Shown here piece after piece: positions 23,874-34,497 of a stretch of 64,000 nucleotides of DNA (the stretch's first letter is position 1; each line of letters starts with the position of its first letter). Below the pieces are notes generated by a model that was not told the origin of the DNA, made no database searches, and worked only from the letters and a program-made list of their open reading frames with translations. The stretch lies in assembly GCA_002269645.1 (NCBI GenBank), contig NIVC01002478.1, positions 1-64,000 of the forward strand, in the 5' to 3' direction. Origin of the DNA: Macrostomum lignano. Taxonomy: Eukaryota. The position numbers and the translations under genes are program-made.

Positions 23874-25579
23874 ATGGCGGAAGGAAGCGACCAAGGTGAC
23901 GCATTTCCACTCAGAGAAGGCCAATCGCAACAAAACACGCCGTCGTCGTCTACAAACTCGCTACCGCGCTCGGCTCAGGACTTGCGTGGAATCGAGTTGG
24001 AGACCAGCGACTCATCCTTGGGCGCCGGCTCGAGCCAGCAGCGACCGGCGAGTCTTCCTGAGCTGACTGAGCCGCACAGGGAGTTGCTCTTTGCATCGCA
24101 GCCGAGTCCTGACTGTGCAGCATCGGACGACGCATCTAGCGAAGACCAAGCCGAGGCATCGGAGTCGCCCACTTCGGAGAATGGCTCTGAAGTCTCTGCT
24201 GTTACCGGAAGTTCAGTAACAAGCGACGCCGTCGACACTTATGAGCAAGAGTCGTCTAGCGAGCCAGACAACGTCCAAGATAGAGTCATGGGCGCCGCCG
24301 CGTCCGTATGTAGGCATGAGTCGGCTCCAGCTCGCTACAATCTGTTCCAACGTAAACAAGACAGCACAGCGGCTGGAACAGGGCAGGCGGCTCCGACGCC
24401 AGTCGTACGAAGTCCCTCACCGCCGATGGGAAGTGGCGTCCAAACCGATGCAATGGAAGGTACGACAGCCGCGATCGGCACGGATGTCAAAAACGACGCT
24501 GCGGCACCCAGTCTGCCAAAAGGGGACGACAATGACGAGGAGGCCGCGGCAAATGAAGACAACGCCGCAGCTGCGATTCCAGACGCTCAACAGGCAGCGG
24601 CGGCTAACGAGAATGCCGAGCTTCTTGCCGCTGCCACAGCTGTTTTTGCGAAGCCTGACCAGTCGGGTGAAAAAACAACTGGACACGAGCATGCAGCTAA
24701 CTTGTGCGCGAGAAGTCCTGAAGTCACAGCTAATTTTGTGACTGGAATTGAGCTCAGAGGACAACCGCCGCTACTGCAACGTCCAGACGCCAGCTTGCGA
24801 AATGGACACAGCGAGGGGAGCATTGACACAAGCAGAAAAACGCAAGAAAAGCAACGCAGCTGTACCCTGGGCCGGCACTCCTCGTCACCGGCTCAGAGCA
24901 GTCAGGAAGAGAAACGGCTGCAACAGCTGCACCAGCAACAACAGAAGCCAGCAGCTGAGCAAAGGTAAATCAACTGAACAGTAACTTTCTTAAATTGATC
25001 AATTAAAGCCACATGCATGAATGTAAATTTTGAAGGCGATTTCCGCACCCTTTAGAGACGGTTTGACTCTGGATGCGCAACGCCTGCCGCCGGCTCCCGA
25101 AGTTGATGAGCCAGAGGATGTGCAGCAGCAACAGCAAACTGAACAAGAACAAGCTCATACATCAGAGGCGTAAGTATAAAATGATAAAAATTCGAAACCT
25201 CAAATTTGTCAAAGCCTTAAAAGTCTATCTTTTTCTTCTATCAACGTCATGCAGGAGTAATCAGCAAGCTCCGGAGCTGCCGCAGCTGCAGCCGGCGCCG
25301 GTTGAGACTCCATCCATGCCGGCCGCCGAATACGCAGCAGCGACGTCGGATCCGCCGCCGCCGGCCATCCCAAGGTTGGACTCAAGAAGCGACGGTATCG
25401 AGCAAGAATTAATCAGCCCACAGGAGATTCAGCCTAGGGCTGAAGACAGACGGGACAGGCACAGCATCCGCAACGCGAACAGAGGTCGGCGGCGACTGCG
25501 ACACCGACTGCTCGCCTCTCTGCGCTACCTGTGCCAGTCGTGCACGTGCACCGGGAGTAGGAGGCCTGCTGCTGACTAG
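23874..25579 (+). CDS. Orphan gene D, 509 aa predicted: join(23874..24964,25056..25169,25255..25579); paralog of gene C
   Basis: N-terminus MAEG..FP..SQQ..P..SL.RS.QD...LET shared with C; both introns phase 2 (AG|gtaaat..ttag|A; GC|gtaagt..gcag|G); last coding exon 325 nt in both genes; C-terminal LR[YH]LCxSxxCxG. Confidence 0.8.
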
Positions 25580-25746
25580 ACAAACTTCGAACTACAACTT
25601 CGAATATATATACTCATCATAGCTAAAGTAGTCTTACACGCCTAATTTTAAAGAAATATATATTTTCAATACTAATGTTATTTTACCTTAGTACCCTGCA
25701 GACAAATAGATAAATGTTGGTACAGTTTATATTAGAGTCCAGATTA

Positions 25747-26729
25747 TGTAGTGAGCCGCTAGTTTATGGCTAGGCGTCACCCTTGTCAGCCGTTCCCTCG
25801 CCCTCCCTTTGGGTTGCTGTCTGCCGCTGGTCAGCTTCCCGCCCTCCTTTCGCTTGCCTGTTGCCCCCGTGTCCTTTCCGCCCTGTTGCGTTTCCGTTCT
25901 CAGCCCTCAGTCTCTCGACTGTGGGCTGTCTCTGTTTCGCTCCCGTCCCGTTTTCCCTGTCTTGTGAGCAAGTCACATGACAGTTCTTGCGTTCTTTGAG
26001 TCTTAAAGTGCAGTAAACATGTTTACTGCACTCGTTGGCCCTGTTTACCGGGTGAGTCACGTGCTTTCGGACCCTTCCCTTCTCTAAGGAGAGGAGTGAC
26101 TCATGTTGCTAAAAATAGCAACTGAGTCACAGCCGCGTGTACTCTGGCCGGGGACCTCAAGTGACGTCAGTTCTAAAAATAGAACAAGTCACGAGGTCTT
26201 CCGCGCGCTTGTACCCTGCCCAAGACTCTCGAGTGACGTCAGTTCTAAAAATAGAACAAGTCACGAGGTCTGGAGCGTGGGAATTTCCCGGCTATAAATA
26301 GGAGCCCTCTCCCCCTTGTTTCCGTCAAGGAGTCTTCCTTCTGTTCAACCTCGAGTTCTACGTCCGCGTGTGACTAAGTCCCGAGTGTCCGAGTCTTTGC
26401 GCACATTGATTCTGTTCCTATTGCTCCGACTGAGACCCGACCAAACCAATCCAAGTCTACGAGAGGCTAACTCAGCCCTCCCTGTACCATCCAAGCCCGG
26501 CAGGTGCTGCTGACGAGACGCCTTATACGTTGAGCTGCAAATCTGCACGTCGTGCTGTGTTCGTTGACTTCATTATTTCGTTCCGACGGGAAGCTCACCT
26601 CACCGAAGGCCGAGACCTGAAGGAACTGGTGGCAGCACTACCTACGCTACTAAAGTTAAGAAGGCTTCTAAGTGAGAGGACGGAGCCCAAGTCACTGCGC
26701 TGTACAGCAGGACAACCACAGGTACAACA
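25747..26729 (+). repeat. 5' LTR (983 bp)
   Basis: Constant 8751-bp offset to the 3' LTR; no difference seen in the segments compared. Confidence 0.97.
26053..26300 (+). promoter_or_regulatory. LTR U3 enhancer/promoter: 3 AP-1 sites, 2 CRE, kappaB site, TATA box
   Basis: tga[g/c]tca at 26053, 26097 and 26123; tgacgtca at 26162 and 26234; gggaatttccc at 26279; tataaata at 26293. All repeated in the 3' LTR. Confidence 0.65.
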
Positions 26730-26730
26730 C

Positions 26731-26750
26731 TGGTGGCAGCGGTGGGATTC
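26731..26750 (+). promoter_or_regulatory. Primer-binding site complementary to the tRNA-Leu 3' end; second copy at 26794-26811
   Basis: tggtggcagcggtgggattc is the reverse complement of GAAUCCCACCGCUGCCA-CCA of metazoan tRNA-Leu. Confidence 0.9.
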
Positions 26751-28057
26751 AAAGACCTACCAGGCCACCCCGAGAAAAACCCATCTATAACACTGGTGGC
26801 AGCGGTGGGATCCGACTACGACACACCCAAGCCAACCGCTCTTTCGAGAACGACATCGGCCAGCGACTACGACGAGTTCAACATGTTCAACGAGCGAGAC
26901 GAGAGCCGGTGCAGCAGCCGGCTGGATCAGCACATCAGCAGTTCGAGGCCTGCGGCAGCAGAAGCCGCCGCAGCAGCAGCAGCGATCAACGACTTTGGTC
27001 AGCAGCCAACGCCGAGGCAAGGTGCGAGAAGCGACGTGTCCGACGACCCGCCAGACGAGCTTCTGCAAGGCCTGGACAACATCGGCCGGAACATCACGCA
27101 CCAGGACGTGAGGACCATGATGGCAGCTCTGCAGCAGCAGATGGAGCGGCCCGTGAGTAAACAAGTTAAAATTGTGAAGTTTACTCCAAGTCAGGACATT
27201 CATGTCTGGCTTGCCGCGTTCGAGCAGCGTTGCGAGATGGAGCGCATAGTCGACCCGTTCGAGATGAAGCAACACCTCATCGCGAGTCTTGATTTGGCTA
27301 CTGCATATCCTTCTTTGCTTAGTATGAATCTTCCGCGTTTCGCCAGCTACGAGGAGGTCAAGCAGCGTCTGATTGAGCGATTTGCCCGTCATGGTGGTGC
27401 TGATGAGTACAGAGAGCTGTTGAGGCGTCGTCAACAAGGCAAGAATGAGTCAGCAGAAGAGTTTGCTGACGCCCTGAGAACTCTGGGTGAACGTGCGTAT
27501 CCTCGGATGCACCCTGAAGACCGCGAGAAGGAGATTGCGGATCAATTTCTCGCTGGTATCCGGACGACGCCAGACTTGCGTGAACGGCTGTACTGGGTTC
27601 GCCCGAACAATCTTCTTGCTGCGATTCGAGAACTACGACGACTAGAAGGCGCCAAAGAATTGGCGCAACGAACCGCTCAACCCCCGGTTAGGATGTTGGA
27701 CGGGGAGGAGGACGGCGACCCGAAACCGACGTCACCGCCCAAGCCTTGCTGACTCTAACCGACTTGATTGAGAAGCAGCAGCGAATGCTGGATCACCTGG
27801 TGCAGCGTGACCAACAGCAGGTAGCCAGCCCGCCAAAGAGAGCTATAATCTGCTATAGCTGCGGACAGCCCGGTCATCGCAACACCCAGTGCCCGACGCG
27901 CCAGAACCAGGGAAACGGCCAGGCGGAGAGCGACAACGGCACCGCCCTCCGCGAGGTCCAAGCCCAGGCTACTTGGCAGACTCCGAGAGGTCACCAGAAG
28001 AAGAGGATGTCGGCTGTGCAGGCGCCAATGCCCAGTCCGACAGTCGCTCGTCAGTAA
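26733..28057 (+). CDS. gag: Gag (capsid-like region plus CCHC zinc knuckle), broken by one -1 shift at ~27724
   Basis: FTPSQDIHVWLAAFE...QQGKNESAEEFADAL; CYSCGQPGHRNTQC in ORF 27746..28057. Confidence 0.88.
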
Positions 28058-31000
28058 GTGACGCGGAGTGCGGAGGTTTCGTGGACACCTCCCCGAATCA
28101 AAAAATCCATGCGCGTGAGGCCGATCCGTACGTCACAGGTCGAGTTGCGAGTCGAGAGGTCCCTTTCTTGCTAGACAGCGGCAGCCGGAAAAACTTTCTT
28201 GGTTCGTCAACCTGGGCCGCTATTAGACGTCGGATGCCTCGTTGTATTATATTGCATGCTAATCCCGATTGCGTAACTATGTATGATGGGACGCAGCTCC
28301 CACTTGCTTGTAAGGTGACCATCCCCGTGGAGTTTGGTGATGTCGTCGCGGACACCGAATTCCTCGTCACGGTCTCCGATTGTGAAAATTTGCTTGGCGT
28401 ATCGTTTATGCGAGAGCACTGCCAGAACTTGGACTTCGCTCAAGGAATGCTAACGTTCAACAATGGCACGTGTATCCCTGTTCGTTATTCGCGTCGTGAG
28501 CTTCAAACCTGCCGAGTGTACACCTCCGAGAAGTGCACCCTGCCGCCTAGAAGTTCAGCGCTGCTTCCCGTCAGATTGGATGACGGCCATTCCGAGAATC
28601 GAGGATCGCCATCAATTGTCGAGCTGGTTAAGTCGAGGCTGCATCCCAGCTGCAACGCTCTGGAAGCAGCGCCTGCTCTGATGACGATGCCTGAAGGTCG
28701 CGGCTACATTGAGGTCGTCAACACCGCCGACAGCGAGGTGTTCCTGCAAGCCGGTATCCGTGTTGGTGTTGCGACGCCACTCCGAACTGCCGACCTGATG
28801 TACTTGAGCGAGACGCCCGAACCTGAAGTGCGACACCTCCCGAAGAACTCTGAAGAGTCCAGCACAGCATGGCTAGATGAAGTCGAGATCAACAGCGAAT
28901 TGTCCAAAGAACAACATCAGCGAGTGCGAGATCTACTAGTTGAATGTCAAGCGGCCTTCTCCAAGCACCTGCTAGACGCCGGCCTGACTCACCTGGTGAC
29001 CCACGAGATCATCTTGAAGGACCGGACACCAGTTGCGCTACCACCACGCCGAATCCCGCCTCATCTGAAGGACAAGCTCGACGCCTGCTAGACGAGATGC
29101 TGGCGAAGCACATCATTCGCCCTGCCTACTCGAGCTACAATTCGCCAATGCTCATCGTGCCCAAGAAGGACGGCAACATCCGACTAGTCCACGACTTCAG
29201 AGCTCTCAACGACAGGTGTGTGTATCACCCGTATCCGCTCCCGCACATCCAGGAAACCTTCGCGAAGCTTCGTGGTGCTCAGTGGTATTCTAGCTTGGAC
29301 CTTGCTCAAGGATTCTGGCAATCCCGCTGCGCGAATGCGACCAGCACTTGACGGCATTCTCAGTGATCGACCGCGGCCAATTCTGTTTTAACGTTCTACC
29401 GATGGGTCTCCACGATAGTCCCGGCAGCTTTCAGCGTTGCATCAATAAGCTCCTGGACGGCCTGACGCCAAAGACTGCGCTTGGCTACATGGACGACATC
29501 GTGGTGCACTCAGTGACTTTCGAGGAACAGCTGGATAACTTGCGAACTGTACTCCAGCGCATCATCGCAGCCAAACTCAAAGTGAAACCGAAGAAGTGTC
29601 ATTTGTTCCTCAAGGAGCTGCATTATTTAGGTCACGTCGTGACTCCCGACGGCCTGAAGACCTGTGAGGACAAGATTGCGCAGATCCGTGATTGGCCCGT
29701 GCCACAGTCCGTTACTCAACTGAGACAATTCCTAGGCCTCGCCAATTACTACCACAAGTTTGTCGACGGCTACGCTGGAGTGGCTGCGCCGCTGCATGCC
29801 CTGACGCGAAAGGACATTGGCAGCCTGCGGCAGCATTGGACTCCCGAGCATCAGTTAGCGTTCGACACTTTGAAGAAGAAATTGTGTTCTACTGAAGTTC
29901 TCGCTCTGCCTGAATTTAATTCTGATCCTGCTGTGAAGTTTGTCCTCGACACGGATGCCTCTGATATTCGAATAGGCGCTTGCCTTGGACAACTGCAATC
30001 CGACGGCGTCGAACGTCCAATTGCATTCTTTAGCCGTAAACTTCGCGATCCTGAGAAGCGCTACACGGTCACGAAAAAAGAGCTGCTTGCAATTGTGGAC
30101 GCTATGCGACATTTCCGTCATTATTTAATTGGCAAGAAGTTTGAAGTTCGATCCGATCATCGGGCCTTACTGTGGTTACTGAACCAGACTCAGGCCACAG
30201 GTATTTTAGGCCGCTGGATCGAACGCCTAAGCGAGTTCCGCTTCCAGCTCAACCACCGCAAAGGCAAGGACCACGCCAACGCTGATGCCCTGTCAAGAAG
30301 ACCGGAGGCGCCGCCGATCTCCTGCGAGCATGGCCGACTGCTAGAGCAACCTGGTTCTGCAGCCCGACCCGGTGACAACCACGACCTGGAACCGGATTCG
30401 GACCCGACACCCGAGGCCACTGCCAGAGCAGCCCTCCAGAAGACAGTCCAATCTCGCTGCTTGGAGGCCGAGACTGACCTGGACGAAGACCTGGAAGCCA
30501 CCGCGCCAGCAGCCTTCCAACACGACGCCCACCGCTGCAGTCAACGCCTGGAGACCGGCCTGGACGACAACTCAGAGGCCACTGCGACAACAGCCCTCTG
30601 CCGCGATGCCCATGCCGCCCGCTGCAATTTGGAGACCAACCTGGACGAAGACCTTGAGGCCACTGTGGACACAGACCTCCTTGACGACGCCCAAGACTAC
30701 AGGTCTCGGACTCTGGAGACGCCCCCGGACCAAGATTCAAAGGCCACCGCACCAGCAGCCCTTCTGATGACGGCCCGCAACGCAACTCCAGGCAAGCAAT
30801 TTAACTACAACCCTTCCGAGCCTTTCGCTGGGATTTCTCGCCGTGTTGACAGAGGCCAGAATCTCGCGCCAGCTGCAAGGTCGAAGCTCTGTCCCCCGGG
30901 CCGACAGACAGCTGCTCATCGCCTGTGCGGAAAGTCGAGTCCCCCTTTGCGACACCGCCCAGTGCAGGAGAAGACTCACCCAATTTTGACGACGACTGAG

Positions 31001-33779
31001 CGACGGCTACGGCTGCCTGCGACGAAGCGTGCTTCACGTGTTGCGTCCCGCCCTACAGCCAAGAGTCGCCTGTGCTATGCAGTGGAGGCATGCGCGCTGC
31101 TCCATCTGCGGATTTTTCTGTCTTGAGAGCGATGAAGAGAACTTCGAATCGAGATCAACGGACGTACGCCGACGTTGTGAGACAAAGTCCCTCGGAGCGA
31201 CCTAATCCTGACGCCGACAAGACGGTGCCGTGTGATCGACCTGGAGCCATTAAAGCGGAGACTGCGGGAATCCGGACCCCTCAGCCATGCCGCGCTGTGC
31301 TCACTGATTTTCTGAAGCTGCCGATGACTCGCCAACAGTTCGTTGAAGCCCAGCGCGCTGATCGAGCCATCAGCTACGTGCTCAACTTGGTCGAGAACGA
31401 AGCCCGAAGCCTGAGTTCGACGCCCGGTTGCGACTGAAGAAGGAGCAGCGGAACCTGCTCGGATACTACGAGAACCTGCAGGAGGACAACGGCCTGCTGC
31501 TGATTGACCTGTCCGATGGCCAGCAGCCGCCAAAGGTTGTTCTGCCTGAGGCCCTTGACGCCCAGGTGCTCCAGGAGCTCCACAGTTCGCCACTGTGTGG
31601 ACACCTCGGCGAGACGAAGACGTTACTGCGGCTACGAGAACGGTTCTGGAGACCCGGATTAGCCCGTGCTACCAAGACCTTCATCAGTAAGTGCCGCACT
31701 TGCCTTGAAAGTAAATCGCGACGGCGAGAGAGAGTTCCGGTCCAGAGCTTCCCAGTTTGCGAAGTTCTGGGTAGAATCCACTGTGATGTAGTAGGACCAA
31801 TCGCGCAGAAGAGCAAGAGCGGCAACCGCTACATCCTGACCTTGTGCGATGCGACGTCGAAGTATCCATTCGCCTACCCGATGAGAAACCAGAAAGCCAA
31901 AACAGTCATCAAGCTTCTGCAGGAGCGCTTCATCCCCGAGTTCGGTGTACCATGCTGGATTCACACCGATCAAGGCACCAACTTCACCGGCTCCGCCTTC
32001 AAGAAGTTCTGCGACCTGTTTGGCATTCGGCATACGACAACAACACCGTACAATCCAGCTTCCAACGGACAAGTCGAGAACCTCAACAAACAGCTGAAGA
32101 GTGTCCTCACCTGTCTGCTCGAGCGCAACCATAACGACTGGGACACCTTCCTCCCAGCTTGTCTGATGGCTCTCCGTTCCAGCGTGCACCCGGTGACAGG
32201 TTTCACGCCTCACTACCTGGTGTTCGGCCGTGACTTCCGACTTCCGATCGACAACTCGCTAAAGAAGCTGCCCGAGTATGCCAACCTGCCCGACTATGTC
32301 AAGGACTTCCAACGTCGCCTGGACGAGGCGACTGAGCTAGCCAAGGAGCGCCTGCATCTGCATCAGCAACTGCGAGACGAGCACTACTCGAACCTGCCCG
32401 TCGCCAAGAAGCTCCAACCCGGCGATCTGGTCTTCCTCAACAACCCGGTACTCGAACCGGATGAGGCGGCGAAGTTTCATCGACCTCGCAAAGCCCTATA
32501 CGAAGTCGTCGAGCCCAAGGGCGAGGTCGTCTACAAGATTCGACGGAGACTGCCCAACCCGAGAGCCAGACGAGACGAACTAATCGTCCATCGCCGGAAC
32601 CTCCTACTCGTGCCTGACGCCGATTACACGAGGACTTCCGATCCTGAAGTCGACAAACCGAAGAAGCGTCGGCGACCGCCCGACGTCCCCGACGGCGCAG
32701 GACCCGCGACCCTGACGCCGATTCCCGAGGACGACCAGGACGACCCCGACGACGATGATGATAACGGCTACGACGCAAGGCCGGCCTTCCGATGGCACTT
32801 CCGGCCTTTGGCGATCCCGGAGGTGCAGCCAGGAGGTGGACCGGTCACGACACCAGCGAACCAGGCAAGTGCACTTCGGCGTGAGCCAGTGCCGTATGGT
32901 GAATGTCATTTGCATGAGCCTGTTCTTGATGCGTCTACGCCTGTTGTTTCTTTTCCGCCCGTTTCTGCTCCCGCCCCCAGTGCTGCTTTTTCTGTGGTCC
33001 AGACCCCTGGGCCGTCGCTATGCACCACTCCGGTGGAAGCGTCATTAGGAACTGTAGATGCCGGTAGGCCGGCTAGGAACCGTAGGCAGCCTGAGAGGCT
33101 GATTATTAATCCTAGGGCTAAAACTTACGTTAGCCGCACCGCCCGCATCCGCGCACAAACTAAAACGAATTTCAGCGCAGAAATGCAACCGCGCCGTATT
33201 GCTAAGCGCACTGAGCGCTCGCCGCCTACTGAGGCTCGCCTCAATCGACCCCGTTACTATGTTGAACCGGGGCCTCCGATCGGCGCAGCGGCCGGCCAGC
33301 TCGAATCTGGCGAGCACCGAGAGGCTCATCGCATTCCTCCCCAGCTCCGGCTCGGCTTCCGCCAGGACGGCGGAGCTACGCCGCTGCCGGAGGAGAACCA
33401 CCGCCCGTCAAGGAGGCGCAGACGTCGACGCCGACCGGGGCACAACCGGACCGCCGGTGCCGAGGGGACGCCCTCGGAGAACCCGGCCGTCGTCCGTCGT
33501 CTAGCGCCAACCTCATCAGGAGGACAGGCGGCTGCGTCAACAGCCAGCACGGAAGCTGTCGCCCAAGGAATCGCGACAATCCGACGCCAGGTCGAGGCCG
33601 ACCAAGCACGCGAGGCCGCAGAAACCAGCCGGGAGCGACCCAAGCCCGCCACGACCGACACCAAGCCCGAAGCCAAGGGGCAGCGCCGACCGCGAACTGC
33701 CGCTCCCGTCTGCATCGACCTGACGGGTTTGGACTCACCAACTCGCCGAGCCCACGCTCAGACGACCACCGCACCCTGA
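27910..33779 (+). CDS. pol: Pol polyprotein (aspartic protease, RT, RNase H, integrase), interrupted by four single-base -1 shifts
   Basis: FLLDSGS (PR); YSSLDLAQGFWQ and YMDD (RT); LDTDAS...ADALSR (RH); H-H-C-C zinc finger, CDVVGP, HTDQG and GQVENLN (IN). ORFs 27889, 28944, 29348, 31072 and 31428. Confidence 0.95.
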
Positions 33780-34485
33780 GACAGCGCGCGTTGTAGCTCA
33801 GCTAATCGCTGGGCAAATTGCTGGGCGCACACCGGCAGTGCCCGAGATCATAATGAACTGCGGCAGGGCGGACTGATTGATTTTAGGAAGCAGCCTAGTG
33901 CGAAACCCTTCGGCGCCACTGACTTAGCGCCCATAGCAACTGTGCGAATTTTGCGCAATCGCGCCATTTAATTTTCTCCTTTTGTGAGCAGCATTTGCCA
34001 TTTGTGCTCAAGCTGATGATAACCCTTTGAAGGCCTCTGGCCAGTCCCTTGCTTTTCTTCCCCAGGGCTCTGCAAGAACTCCCGCATCCCTTTGTATTTA
34101 GGCGCTTCTTGCTTTCTTGGGGCTGGCGCCCCCCCGTCTGCATTTGGTGTGTTCCACTAATACCGTATGGGGCAGTTTTACGGCTCTCGCCCAGCCGCGC
34201 GTTTAAGTCCGATTGCGGCCTCTATTTTTACGTCCCCATACCTGCTCAGGTATCCCCTTTCTCCCCCACGGGCCCTGCTATTATTTAAAGCACCCCGGTA
34301 TTTAGGCGCTGAATTCATGCGGGCAGGCGCCCCCGCCGTGCGTTTTGGGTCGCAATCATGGGCCTGACCCACCCTCTTCTGCTATTCTGCCAAAGTTACC
34401 ACCTTTTTGCCAATCAAAATTTTATTTTCTGCAGTTTACCTTTTTAAATAAAGGCGCGCTCCGCCTTCACTCCGCCTCTTTATTT

Positions 34486-34497
34486 GAACGGGGAGAG
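34486..34497 (+). other. Polypurine tract
   Basis: gaacggggagag immediately before the 3' LTR TG. Confidence 0.85.

Noticed and set aside
25366-25560. BH3-only (Bim-like) interpretation of genes C/D (LDSRSDGI plus an LRYL tail)
   Set aside because: The BH3 pattern is too degenerate and is not conserved in C, A or B; kept only as an untested analogy.
33780-34497. Possible env or extra ORF in the Gypsy 3' region, and antisense ORFs across pol
   Set aside because: Only short ORFs with no signal peptide, TM segment or conserved motif; the antisense ORFs are expected shadows of GC-rich coding DNA.
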